NCBI GenBank assembly: GCA_037128175.1
Contig: JBAXWY010000005.1
Coordinates: 32,001 to 96,000 of the forward strand
Reading direction: 5' to 3'
From: Methanothrix sp.
Lineage (GTDB): Archaea > Halobacteriota > Methanosarcinia > Methanotrichales > Methanotrichaceae
Length of the DNA stretch: 64,000 nucleotides
Position 1 is the stretch's first letter, and every line of letters begins with the position of its first letter. Shown in pieces: positions 10,560-19,844 of this stretch. Under the pieces are notes generated by a model that had not been told where the DNA came from, did no database searches, and was given only the letters and a program-made list of their open reading frames with translations. A program made the translations under genes and the position numbers.

Positions 10560-10697
10560 ACCACAGAGGCACAGAGCGCACAGAGGACGAACGAACGGAG
10601 ATATTATAAAATAGAAATATACTTTGATATTATTTTTCAATAATCTCTGATGGGAATGCTGATCGTCTCTGTGAACTGTTGTGCTTTCCATGGTTAA
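10560..10697. repeat. Two convergent partial copies of the ACAGAG repeat
   Basis: 10560-10601 ACCACAGAGGCACAGAGCGCACAGAGGACGAACGAACGGAGA is 37/42 identical to 46813-46854; inverted GTCTCTGTGAACTGTTGTG near 10665. Confidence 0.7.
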
Positions 10698-10969
10698 TAA
10701 TAGTAGCCGAGACCGCCTGGAAATTGAGAGGGAAATGATATATTGACTGGGCAATGGTTTTGCACCTATACTGCCTGAAAAGGAAGACTTTAGGTCCAGA
10801 ATCAATTATTATAATTATCAATATATTTATTTGGAACGGTCTAGATTTTCATGCATGTATGGGAGCTAGAGTGATACCTGCAAGGTTGTCTTGGGTGCGA
10901 CGTCCATAACTCGGTTTCATTCTCCTTGATATTGATGACAAATTTTTTGTAGTTAAAGCCGCAATTACT

Positions 10970-12568
10970 TTGGACAGGAGGATTACTGAGCTGGCATTAG
11001 CTTGGGTTCTTATAGCGCTACTATTACTGGTTCCGATATCTCAAGGATCAGATGATTCTCTGAAGCCAATTCTAGCTAGCGATATTCTGAATGAAATTCA
11101 AAAAGGCGAGCCCGTAGAATATGATCACTGCATCATTAAGGGCGATCTTAGCCTGTCTCAATATTTGATGAGCTCAAATAAATCATATCTGCCGAAGAAG
11201 CATGTCGAGCTACCTACAATTGCTTTTAGCGCGCCAGAGATTTCATTCGAACTTTATAACGAGTCACTAGATGCAACGCTCATCGCATCTTCTATAAAAA
11301 TTAGAGATTCTGTGATTGAAGGATATGTAGATTTAGGAAGATCAATATTCTTAAACTCAGTAGACTTCCAGAACACGCAATTCCGGAATGCCGCCTCCTT
11401 TAAACGTTCTTGGTTTTATGGAGATGTAAATTTTGGAGGTTCTAAGTTCTTTTCAAAGACCTCTTTTTTCAGGTGCATGTTCGAAGGAAACGCAATCTTT
11501 TATGGTGCCTGGTTTGAGGGTGATACCATTTTCGAGGGATCTCAGTTTAACAATCCTAAAACATACCACACAACTTTCAGTGTTTGCCAATTCAAGGGAG
11601 ATGTCGATTTCATGGCATCTCAATTTGAAGGATTACCTGACTTTAGTGGCTGTCAGTTCAATGAAGACTCAGATTTTAGTGGGTCTTGGTTTAATAATGG
11701 GGTTTACTTTAAAAAATCTAAATTCAATGGTATGACGAGGTTTAGTGGAGCCAATTTCAACAACAGCGCTGATTTTAAAGAGTCGACTTTCAATGGAAAT
11801 GCCATCTTTTCAGGGTCCCGATTCAACCAAATCGCCAATTTCCGTGATTCTCAATGGTACAAAGAAGTCACCTTCAATGACGCCATTTTTGAGCGGAATA
11901 CAAGCTTCAATAACAGTAATTTCAATGGAGATGCGCTTTTTCTGAATACAACGTTCATGCAAATGCTCGATTTAACAAGAGCTAAATATAATAGATTATA
12001 TATTAGGTGGGCAAGTATAAACAACAAATTGAATTACGACGACACCACATATCTATCGTTGATAAAGAACCTTAAAAGCCTAGGTTATTATGAAGATGCG
12101 GATAACAGTTATCTCGAATACAGAATAGAGCGCAGAAGCCATCCTTGGAACATACCAGGCGAAAGATTAATGAAAACCATCGATTGGCTTTCCGAGTGGT
12201 CTTATGGATATGGTGTAAGGCCGATGAATCCCCTGATAATCTCGTTAGTACTCATTGGGATTTTCGGACTTTACTGGAGATCAAAAGGGATAGGACACGA
12301 TGATGATGTTTCCGAAGCTAAAGGCCAATTCGCATTTGTATCGATTGTTGTGCAGAAGATATTTGATGCATTGGAGCCGTTCATATTTAGCTTCGGAGTT
12401 TACATATCAGGTACTGCATTCTTCCGAGAATCTCCGGACCTTCCGGAGCAATTAAATAGACCTAAATCATGGACAAAGCGTGTTTACAATCTGGAAAGAT
12501 TTTTGGGCGGGATTTTAATGGCTTTGTTCTTGATCGCACTCAGTAGCACGATAATCAAGACGGCTTAG
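10970..12568 (+). CDS. Membrane-anchored pentapeptide repeat protein
   Basis: Signal-like N-terminus, repeated F.xS.F pentapeptides, C-terminal YGYGVRP and TM segments. Confidence 0.85.
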   Translation: MDRRITELALAWVLIALLLLVPISQGSDDSLKPILASDILNEIQKGEPVEYDHCIIKGDLSLSQYLMSSNKSYLPKKHVELPTIAFSAPEISFELYNESLDATLIASSIKIRDSVIEGYVDLGRSIFLNSVDFQNTQFRNAASFKRSWFYGDVNFGGSKFFSKTSFFRCMFEGNAIFYGAWFEGDTIFEGSQFNNPKTYHTTFSVCQFKGDVDFMASQFEGLPDFSGCQFNEDSDFSGSWFNNGVYFKKSKFNGMTRFSGANFNNSADFKESTFNGNAIFSGSRFNQIANFRDSQWYKEVTFNDAIFERNTSFNNSNFNGDALFLNTTFMQMLDLTRAKYNRLYIRWASINNKLNYDDTTYLSLIKNLKSLGYYEDADNSYLEYRIERRSHPWNIPGERLMKTIDWLSEWSYGYGVRPMNPLIISLVLIGIFGLYWRSKGIGHDDDVSEAKGQFAFVSIVVQKIFDALEPFIFSFGVYISGTAFFRESPDLPEQLNRPKSWTKRVYNLERFLGGILMALFLIALSSTIIKTA

Positions 12569-12677
12569 GCGAAACACAGCTGTGCTCTCGCGCAGCGACC
12601 TACCAGGTATTACATTTAAAAAATAATCCGTCATATGCCTATGCATCACCAGGAGCGAAACCCAGCCCCCAAGCACG

Positions 12678-14189
12678 TTATTTTTCCCCCAGCATTCTCC
12701 TCAGCTCGGCCACATTCGCTTTGATCTGGTCTTCCAGTGCCTCTATCTTGTCCAGAATCACTTTTGGCTTCTCGTACTCTACCTCTTGGTACTCGATCTC
12801 TCTGTACTTCGAAATAGAAAGGTCGTAGCCGTTCTCTTTGATCTCGCTGTAGGGCACGAAAAAGCACTTGCCCTTCCTGTCCGTGGGGCTCTCCTCGCGC
12901 CTCTTTTTGTACCGCTCGATGATATCCGGAATGTCGCCCTTTCCGTCGATGAAGTTCCTCTTGTCGTCTAAAGAGTAGCCGTCTTTCTCCATTTTGTAGA
13001 ACCAGACCCGCTCCGTCCTGCCGCCCTTGGTGAAGATCAAGACCGCCGTGGACACGCCTGCATAAGGCCGGAAGACTCCGGATGGCATGGAAACAATGCC
13101 TTCCAGCTGGCACTTTTCCAGCAGGAGTTGTCGCAGTTGCTTGTGGGCCTTGGAGCTTCCGAAAAGCACGCCGTCGGGCACAATCACGCCGCACCTGCCG
13201 CCGTTCTGAAGGAGCTGCGTCATTCTCAGCACAAAGAGAAGTTCGGTCTTCTTCGTACCCAGTGTTGCTAGACGATCGTTTATGTCGTTTTCGTCGATGC
13301 TGCCTGTAAAGGGCGGATTAGCTAGGACCACAGTATATTTTTCTGACTCGGTGAAACCCTTGGAGAGGGTGTCCACCTGCCGAATCCTGGGACCGCGTAT
13401 GCCGTGCAGCATCATGTTCATGAGTGATATCCTGACCATTGTGGAGTCAAAGTCAAAGCCGTAAAATGTCTCATTCCATAGCAGGTCCCAGTGTCTTTTC
13501 TCCACTATTCGGTCTCCGGTTAGATTATGGAAAGCGCCCTCCTCGTCCTGCTCAATTGCGTCCGAGCTGGTATATCTGCGGAGGATGTGATCGTAGGCGT
13601 TGACCAGGAAGCCAGCCGTGCCGCAGGCCGGATCGCAGATGCGATCGCCAATATCAGGATCGACCAATGCTACTATCATTCTTATTATGTGCCTGGGCGT
13701 CCTGAACTGGCCATTCTTGCCCGCGCTCTTAAGCTCGCTCAGCAGGTACTCGTAGATGTCTCCTTGCGTGTCTCTATTCTGGGCGGTTATGTCCAGGTCG
13801 TCGATGATGGCCACTGCCTCCTGGAGGAGCGAAGGCTTGGGGATGATGAAGACTGCATCCTTCATCTGCTCTGAAAATAGGGTCTGGTCACCATCATGCA
13901 GTTCCTTGATGAAGGGAAAAACCACATCCCGGACGTGGCTTAGCATCTTCTCCGCCCGGTAGTTCTTCCAGTTGGACCAGCGGCAGTCTTCGTGACCCTC
14001 GAAGGCGGAGTTGTAAGGATGTCCCTGGGCCTGGGCGCGCTTGCGCTCGATCGCGTCCATGTCCTCCAACCGTTTCATGAAGATGAGGTAAGACATCTGC
14101 TCGATGGAGGATATGGGATTGGAAAGGCCGCCAGCCCAGAACCTATCCCAGAGGGAGTCGATCTTAGATTTCAATTCATGGGCAAGCAT
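12678..14189 (-). CDS. hsdM: Type I R-M methyltransferase subunit
   Basis: GQFRTPRH, DPACGTAGFL (motif I) and NPPF (motif IV, m6A). Confidence 0.95.
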   Translation of the reverse strand: MLAHELKSKIDSLWDRFWAGGLSNPISSIEQMSYLIFMKRLEDMDAIERKRAQAQGHPYNSAFEGHEDCRWSNWKNYRAEKMLSHVRDVVFPFIKELHDGDQTLFSEQMKDAVFIIPKPSLLQEAVAIIDDLDITAQNRDTQGDIYEYLLSELKSAGKNGQFRTPRHIIRMIVALVDPDIGDRICDPACGTAGFLVNAYDHILRRYTSSDAIEQDEEGAFHNLTGDRIVEKRHWDLLWNETFYGFDFDSTMVRISLMNMMLHGIRGPRIRQVDTLSKGFTESEKYTVVLANPPFTGSIDENDINDRLATLGTKKTELLFVLRMTQLLQNGGRCGVIVPDGVLFGSSKAHKQLRQLLLEKCQLEGIVSMPSGVFRPYAGVSTAVLIFTKGGRTERVWFYKMEKDGYSLDDKRNFIDGKGDIPDIIERYKKRREESPTDRKGKCFFVPYSEIKENGYDLSISKYREIEYQEVEYEKPKVILDKIEALEDQIKANVAELRRMLGEK

Positions 14190-14225
14190 CCAGGATAGAC
14201 CTCCTCATAATTATTAATTATCGTT

Positions 14226-15134
14226 TTAGATAAATAGTCTAAATAAATCATTTTCTGTCTCCTCAGAGATTTTAGCATATCTTCCATATAGGATCGCATC
14301 ATGATCCTGAATAATGAAAGCTGAATAAGCAATGGCAAGAGAAAAAGCAAGTAATGCATCGGACTTATTAAGATCTCTAATTGGCGGTTCATATGAGCCA
14401 ATATGTCTAACGTTTGGATGCTTGTTGGTAAATTCATAATATTTTTCGAGCGATTCTTTGGCAAGATTGGATGGAAAAATCGTTCCAGATTTATCTAGTG
14501 CTTTTCCCAACGTGTTTTCCTTAGTTCTTTCATAAAGAAAATGTTCAATTAATTTTATAGAATCCTCAATGCAATAGATTTCCTCATAAGATGAATCAAT
14601 TTTATTTATATGATGCTCCAACATCTTAATACAATCAATTCTCGATTGAGAACCCGTGATTTCAGCAAAATGCTTTATATAATTCATCTGAGTCCAAAGC
14701 AAACCTTCCAAGGAAAGAGTCAATTTGCAGGGTGGAAATAGTCGATACCGTATATTATATTTTGCTAAAAAATATTTTAGATATTCTACATATTCCTCTG
14801 CCAATACCTCATTATTTTCTAAGATATAATTATAATATCCTTCGAAAATGTTTATCGTATCTTCTTCTGTTGGAGGAATTGGGGCATTATAAAATCCACT
14901 TCTTGCACTACTTATATCGTTAGCAGCGCTTTGCAGGTCTGAAAAAATTTTCTTGTGATTTATTAGATCTTCTTCTGTTCTCCCTTCTTCCTTAAAATAA
15001 TAATCTTCTAAATTAATTAGGTAAGTAGTCAGGAGTACGCAATATAGATCGTCTATTGCATTCTTGGATTCTTCTAATTTAGCTGCAATCTCATTGTTAA
15101 TAATATGCCAATTATGCAATAAAAACATGCTCAT
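14226..15134 (-). CDS. AT-rich AbiJ-like/HEPN protein inserted in the R-M operon
   Basis: C-terminal TLGKAL...KYYEFTN..NVRH..DALL pattern resembles HEPN domains paired with AbiJ N-terminal domains; overlaps the hsdS stop. Confidence 0.55.
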   Translation of the reverse strand: MSMFLLHNWHIINNEIAAKLEESKNAIDDLYCVLLTTYLINLEDYYFKEEGRTEEDLINHKKIFSDLQSAANDISSARSGFYNAPIPPTEEDTINIFEGYYNYILENNEVLAEEYVEYLKYFLAKYNIRYRLFPPCKLTLSLEGLLWTQMNYIKHFAEITGSQSRIDCIKMLEHHINKIDSSYEEIYCIEDSIKLIEHFLYERTKENTLGKALDKSGTIFPSNLAKESLEKYYEFTNKHPNVRHIGSYEPPIRDLNKSDALLAFSLAIAYSAFIIQDHDAILYGRYAKISEETENDLFRLFI

Positions 15135-16327
15135 AGTACCAAATCTCCTACAAATGCTTTTTGCATAAGAGATGCAAGAAGATCCTCGATTTGTGGATTT
15201 GACAGCGCTTGAAGATTTCTTATTTCTTCTACTTGATTGACCTTTTCCGAAAATTGATTCTGTAGTTCGATTTCAGGCAGGGGAAATTTGATTGACTTAA
15301 AAGTGCTAAGATTTATTTTTTGCTGTGCCGCACCTTTTGTGCTCCTAATAACTTGATTTCTAACATAATCTGTCCTAAAAACCCATAGGATGTAGGAAGC
15401 ATTTGCTATTCTGGGATTCAATGTAAGCTTGATGCAATCCGCAGTAATTATGCCAGGCTGAGAATTCTCGGGATATAAAGCAACGTCACCTGGAGGGTCA
15501 CCCATTTTTGTCATTAAGATGTCCCTTGGATTTACTCGATGAGATTTAAGTTCCTCGCCTTTTGATTCATCAATAAATCGGATACCATTTCCTCGAAATT
15601 TATTCTCCCTTATATTTTTTACAAATATTAAAGGAACACCATGACTTCTATAATCCTTTGCCATTAGGTCGCTTCCAAAGGGGCCTATTGTTATTGCATT
15701 CTTATCATCTGATGCGATATCTGTAGGTGTAACCATCTTCCATCCTTTGATATTTTGCATTGGGTCCCCAAACATTTCTACGAATATGCTAAATGGAAGC
15801 TTTTCCGCCAACTCATCCGCCTGGGCTCGTAGCCTCCTGGTCTCCTCGGCTTTATCGAGAATGGCCACGATACGGCGCTGAGTTTCACGGGGCGGCAATG
15901 GAATTTGAATGTCCTTCATTTGCTTCGCTGAAAGATGTTTGACGGTGACTTGTGGAGTTTTATCTTCTATTTGTTTTAGAATTTTAACTAGTGCTCGATA
16001 AGCAAAATCAGGTATTATTTCAGTAGAGCTAAACTCAAGTTTGCATATCCTTTGATTGAGAAGTGCCTTTCCGCCATTCCATTTAACAATATTGAATTCA
16101 CCATCCATCCCTACAAGGATTTCGTCATTATTTACGATATAATTCTCATCATAATACCCATCATAATACATTTCCGTGGCGCACGAAATTAAATTTCGAA
16201 TGCGAATAATTGGCAAACCATTTCCATCTGAGTTAAATTTCGATGATTCAAAGGGGCATCCGTAGACGAATTTCGCCAAATCCTCCAATTTTCTCCATCT
16301 CCACCCCACCGGCAACTTCCCCTCCAT
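15131..16327 (-). CDS. hsdS: Type I R-M specificity subunit
   Basis: LPVGWRWRKL; two TRDs ending IPLPPRETQRRIV and FPLPEIELQNQF; SLMQKAF end. Confidence 0.93.
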   Translation of the reverse strand: MEGKLPVGWRWRKLEDLAKFVYGCPFESSKFNSDGNGLPIIRIRNLISCATEMYYDGYYDENYIVNNDEILVGMDGEFNIVKWNGGKALLNQRICKLEFSSTEIIPDFAYRALVKILKQIEDKTPQVTVKHLSAKQMKDIQIPLPPRETQRRIVAILDKAEETRRLRAQADELAEKLPFSIFVEMFGDPMQNIKGWKMVTPTDIASDDKNAITIGPFGSDLMAKDYRSHGVPLIFVKNIRENKFRGNGIRFIDESKGEELKSHRVNPRDILMTKMGDPPGDVALYPENSQPGIITADCIKLTLNPRIANASYILWVFRTDYVRNQVIRSTKGAAQQKINLSTFKSIKFPLPEIELQNQFSEKVNQVEEIRNLQALSNPQIEDLLASLMQKAFVGDLVL

Positions 16328-16330
16328 CCC

Positions 16331-19192
16331 TCACGCCTCCGCAAACAGTTCTTTCTCTAGCGAGCCGCAGATCTTGATAAAGCTTTTCAGCTCATCCTCA
16401 GAGAACATGGGCATGGGCGCTTTGGCCCCGAAGTTGATGAAGGGCGCATCGAATAGGTCTCCAAAGTCCAGGTGCTTCTTCTTGGCAAAGACGGATCGAA
16501 TAGCCCGGATGAAGTTGAGTTGATCCGCCGTATAATTCCGGTTGTTCTCGATGATGTAGGTCTGGAAGGCGTCCCAGATTCGCTCCTCCGGCTGGGGAAA
16601 CTCGTAGAGCCCAAGCACCTTCTTGATGAACTGCACCAGCGTCCCGGCCCGCTGCCGGTAGGTCTTTTGCAGTGTTTCCTCGCTGATGAAAAGCTCCGGG
16701 CTGTTTAGCGTCTCCTCTAACCTTCGCAGATCCTGCTCATCCAGCTCCTCGCCCTGCTTGATCTTCTTCAAAGCCGGATGCTCCTCTGCCAGCTTCTTGA
16801 TCTTCTCCTCCACCTTCTCTTTGTAAACGGAGACGTAAACCTCCTGGCAGTCCGGCCCGAAGACGATCGTCTCCCGGCTCTGGATGAGGTCCTCCATGTC
16901 GATTATGATCGTTTTGCGCGGCTCTTTGGACATGTACTTCATGAGGCCCGACAGCTCACTGATGAGCATCTGCGCGTCATCAAAGCTCATATTCTGCCAG
17001 AACTCCTCCGACAGCGCGCGCTGCATGAAGGCCTCTTTGGGCCGGACCAAATCCAGATTGGTGGGCAGGCACTCAATCATCTCCCCAATCTCCGGCTTGA
17101 GCTTCTCAATCTCCTCCCCGTCAGCCGTCAGGATGGCCAGGCCCAGCCGCTCGCAGCGCAAAGTGAAAGAAGCCTCATTCAGGTTCACATCCGGCTTGAA
17201 CTTCATGAGCGGCGTGATCCTCTCCTTCAGGAACTTCACCGGATCAAGGCCCACGCTCTCCCAAAGCCGGGGCGAGAGCGCTTTTTCCACCTCGCGCAGG
17301 CTCTCCCGCACACTCACCGAGTCCTTGGGCAGGGATTTGATGTCTTCCAGAACCTTTGACCTGACAGCCTGCACGCCAACCTCAGCGCCGCTCTTGCGGA
17401 AGTGGTCAAGCTGCTTGAGCCTGACCATGAAGATGCGGTTGGTTATGGCCTCCTGGCTCTGCTGAATGTCTCCATCCGGGTGCAGATCCCAGAATTCGAA
17501 GTTGCGCCAGAAGTCGAAGACCTTAAAATACTCCTTTTTCCCGTTGGGCAGCCAGTCGCGATGCTTGCAGGTTTGATCCGCGCGGGTGCCACGCCCCAGC
17601 ATCTGCCAGAACTTGATCTTGGAGAGCACCGGCTTGGCAAAGACCAGATTGCAGACCTCAGGAACATCGATGCCCGTGTCCAGCATATCCACGGAGATGG
17701 CCACCCTCGGCCACTCCTCCTCTTTGAAAGCCTTAATCAGCTGATCTGCCCGCGAGTTAGCGGATACTATTATCCTCGCCAGCAGTCCTTTGTACTCGGG
17801 ATAAAGCTTCTCGAAAGCCTCCCAAAGCCTCTTGGCATGTTTTTGAGAGACCGCAAAGAAGATGGTCTTAGCAGGATGATTGCCGGACCTGTCCATCTGG
17901 CAGCTATCCATGAACTCCCTGACGATGGCCTCGCTCGTCCCCGTGACTGCAATCTTCTTCTCCAGCTGTGTTCCCTCGAAATTGATATCGTCCGGATCAA
18001 TGCCTGCTTCCGCAAGCCTCGTAAACTCTCCTGATGTCAAATCCTCAGGCTTGATGCCTTGAATCTGAAAATGAGTCTGCGCGCCCAGGATGTTCCTCCG
18101 AAAATCGCAAAGAACGCCCTCCTTGACCGCCTCCTCGTAATCGTAAAGAGCCGTTGGCGCTCCATCCAGGCAATTAAAGAACCTGAAGGTGTCCCTGTCC
18201 AAAAGATCAGATGGCGTGGCTGTGAGCCCAATCTGAATGGCATCCAGATAGGTGAAAACATCCCGCCACTTATTGTAAATGGAACGGTGCGCCTCGTCTG
18301 AGATTATCACATCGAACTCGGCAGGCGAGATCATGTACTTGCCAGAGCTGTCCTTCTTGTTGTAGATCTCCTGGAAGGTCTGAATGGTGGAGACGTACAG
18401 CCTGGCGGTCTTATCGAAATTACCGGACAGAATCTTGGACTTGGATTCTTCCGGGAGGAATTTCTTGAATCCATCGTCGCTCGCCTGATCCCGGAGCGCT
18501 CTTCGATCCGCCAGGAAAAGAACCTTCTGCGCCCGGTTGGTCCTCAAGAGCACATCGATAATGGCCATCGCCACTCTGGTCTTTCCCGTGCCCGTGGCCA
18601 TGACCACCAGGGCTTTACGATTTCCTCTTTGAATATGCTCAATTACCCGCTTGGTTATCTCAATGCTCTTGGGACGATCAACGATCTTGCTGTTAACCTC
18701 GACGTTATTGAGTTCCAATCCCATTTCAACCTGAAAGCGGAGACGCTCCAGGTTTTTCAGAGAGAAGAAACCCTTTACCAGTCTGGGACCATAACGTGCT
18801 CTATCCCAGAACCACATCTCATATCCGTTAGAAAGAAAGATAAAAACGTCTTTTCCCGTCTGTGATTTTATGTCATCCGCATATTCTTCAGCTTGCTTTC
18901 GGCCCAAGATGGGATCTCTTAATGTGCGCTTTGCCTCCACAACTGCAATCGGTGCGCCCATACTGTCAAGAAGAAGATAATCTGCATATTTGCTATCCAG
19001 GTCATTCCTCAAAGTCTCAGAGATTTCTTTGTAATTTTGAGCGCGAAAATCAGATTGCTTTGTGTCAACCTCAAGAATTACCTTGGATCTGTCACCAACA
19101 TTCCAGCCCTGCTCTCTGAGAAGAACGTCGATCTTCTGTTTTCGAGTCTCGAACTCGTTTAGGTCCCTCCCAGAGTTGGCAATAGGCGGCAT
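16331..19192 (-). CDS. hsdR: Type I R-M restriction subunit (EcoEI-like C-terminus)
   Basis: ADYLL..VVEAK nuclease motif, MATGTGKT, DEAHRS, LTATP and QMLGRGTR. Confidence 0.95.
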   Translation of the reverse strand: MPPIANSGRDLNEFETRKQKIDVLLREQGWNVGDRSKVILEVDTKQSDFRAQNYKEISETLRNDLDSKYADYLLLDSMGAPIAVVEAKRTLRDPILGRKQAEEYADDIKSQTGKDVFIFLSNGYEMWFWDRARYGPRLVKGFFSLKNLERLRFQVEMGLELNNVEVNSKIVDRPKSIEITKRVIEHIQRGNRKALVVMATGTGKTRVAMAIIDVLLRTNRAQKVLFLADRRALRDQASDDGFKKFLPEESKSKILSGNFDKTARLYVSTIQTFQEIYNKKDSSGKYMISPAEFDVIISDEAHRSIYNKWRDVFTYLDAIQIGLTATPSDLLDRDTFRFFNCLDGAPTALYDYEEAVKEGVLCDFRRNILGAQTHFQIQGIKPEDLTSGEFTRLAEAGIDPDDINFEGTQLEKKIAVTGTSEAIVREFMDSCQMDRSGNHPAKTIFFAVSQKHAKRLWEAFEKLYPEYKGLLARIIVSANSRADQLIKAFKEEEWPRVAISVDMLDTGIDVPEVCNLVFAKPVLSKIKFWQMLGRGTRADQTCKHRDWLPNGKKEYFKVFDFWRNFEFWDLHPDGDIQQSQEAITNRIFMVRLKQLDHFRKSGAEVGVQAVRSKVLEDIKSLPKDSVSVRESLREVEKALSPRLWESVGLDPVKFLKERITPLMKFKPDVNLNEASFTLRCERLGLAILTADGEEIEKLKPEIGEMIECLPTNLDLVRPKEAFMQRALSEEFWQNMSFDDAQMLISELSGLMKYMSKEPRKTIIIDMEDLIQSRETIVFGPDCQEVYVSVYKEKVEEKIKKLAEEHPALKKIKQGEELDEQDLRRLEETLNSPELFISEETLQKTYRQRAGTLVQFIKKVLGLYEFPQPEERIWDAFQTYIIENNRNYTADQLNFIRAIRSVFAKKKHLDFGDLFDAPFINFGAKAPMPMFSEDELKSFIKICGSLEKELFAEA

Positions 19193-19334
19193 CAGTTATT
19201 TAGCTATGGCACATAATATATTTAAGATTAACTTAATAAAATTAATTTATAAGACGAAAAACAATTTTTGTTTGTTAAATGTCTGATCCTAGCAAATGAT
19301 TTTTTATAGGAAGATTTGCAGTATTTATTTTTAA

Positions 19335-19480
19335 AGCAATACCCCGATGCTTGCATCGGGGATAAAGGGCATGCTTATTCAGCTTAGGTTTGGATCAGCT
19401 TAACCTGGTTCCACCTTCATGCGGCGGCGCCTTGGATGCCCCGCAGCTTGCTGCGCGGGTGCGCCGCCGCCGTTTCACTG
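19335..19480. mobile_element. Putative non-autonomous hairpin-ended element (IS200/IS605-like MITE)
   Basis: Perfect hairpin CCCCGATGC-TT-GCATCGGGG (19342-19361); long hairpin GCGGCGGCGC...CGCAGC-TT-GCTGCG...GCGCCGCCGC (19421-19470) followed by TTCACT; no transposase. Confidence 0.5.
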
Positions 19481-19493
19481 AGCAAGGAACCCT

Positions 19494-19802
19494 ATGATAC
19501 ACATGAGCCCAAGAGTTGCCGTCAGCAACACAGGTCCGCTGATTTCAGCACTACCACACGAGCCGGAAGAAGAGGTGCTATCTGCCACAGACGCCATCCA
19601 GGATGCAGAGCAATCGGAAGCTCGCTGGCAGGCCTTTGAAAAAGGTGAGAAAATGTGTCGAGTGCTTGTCGAGCTGCCGCAGCCTGCCTTCTCCAGACTG
19701 GAGAAACTGGCCCTGCAAAGAAAAAGGACCGTGTCTCATCTTGTAGAAGAGGTCATCACCGGCCTGGTGGACGTTTTTGTTCTTCCTGAAGAAAAAGCCT
19801 GA
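19494..19802 (+). CDS. Small chimeric TA-like ORF (PIN-like N-terminal stub + ribbon-helix-helix-like C-terminus)
   Basis: VAVSNTGPLISAL resembles DUF3368 PIN starts; RVLVELPQPAFSRLEKLA...TVSHLVEEVI resembles CopG/RHH. Confidence 0.4.
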   Translation: MIHMSPRVAVSNTGPLISALPHEPEEEVLSATDAIQDAEQSEARWQAFEKGEKMCRVLVELPQPAFSRLEKLALQRKRTVSHLVEEVITGLVDVFVLPEEKA

Positions 19803-19844
19803 GGCGACCATGGACTATGGCCCCGCTTAATACGTTTTTGCCGG

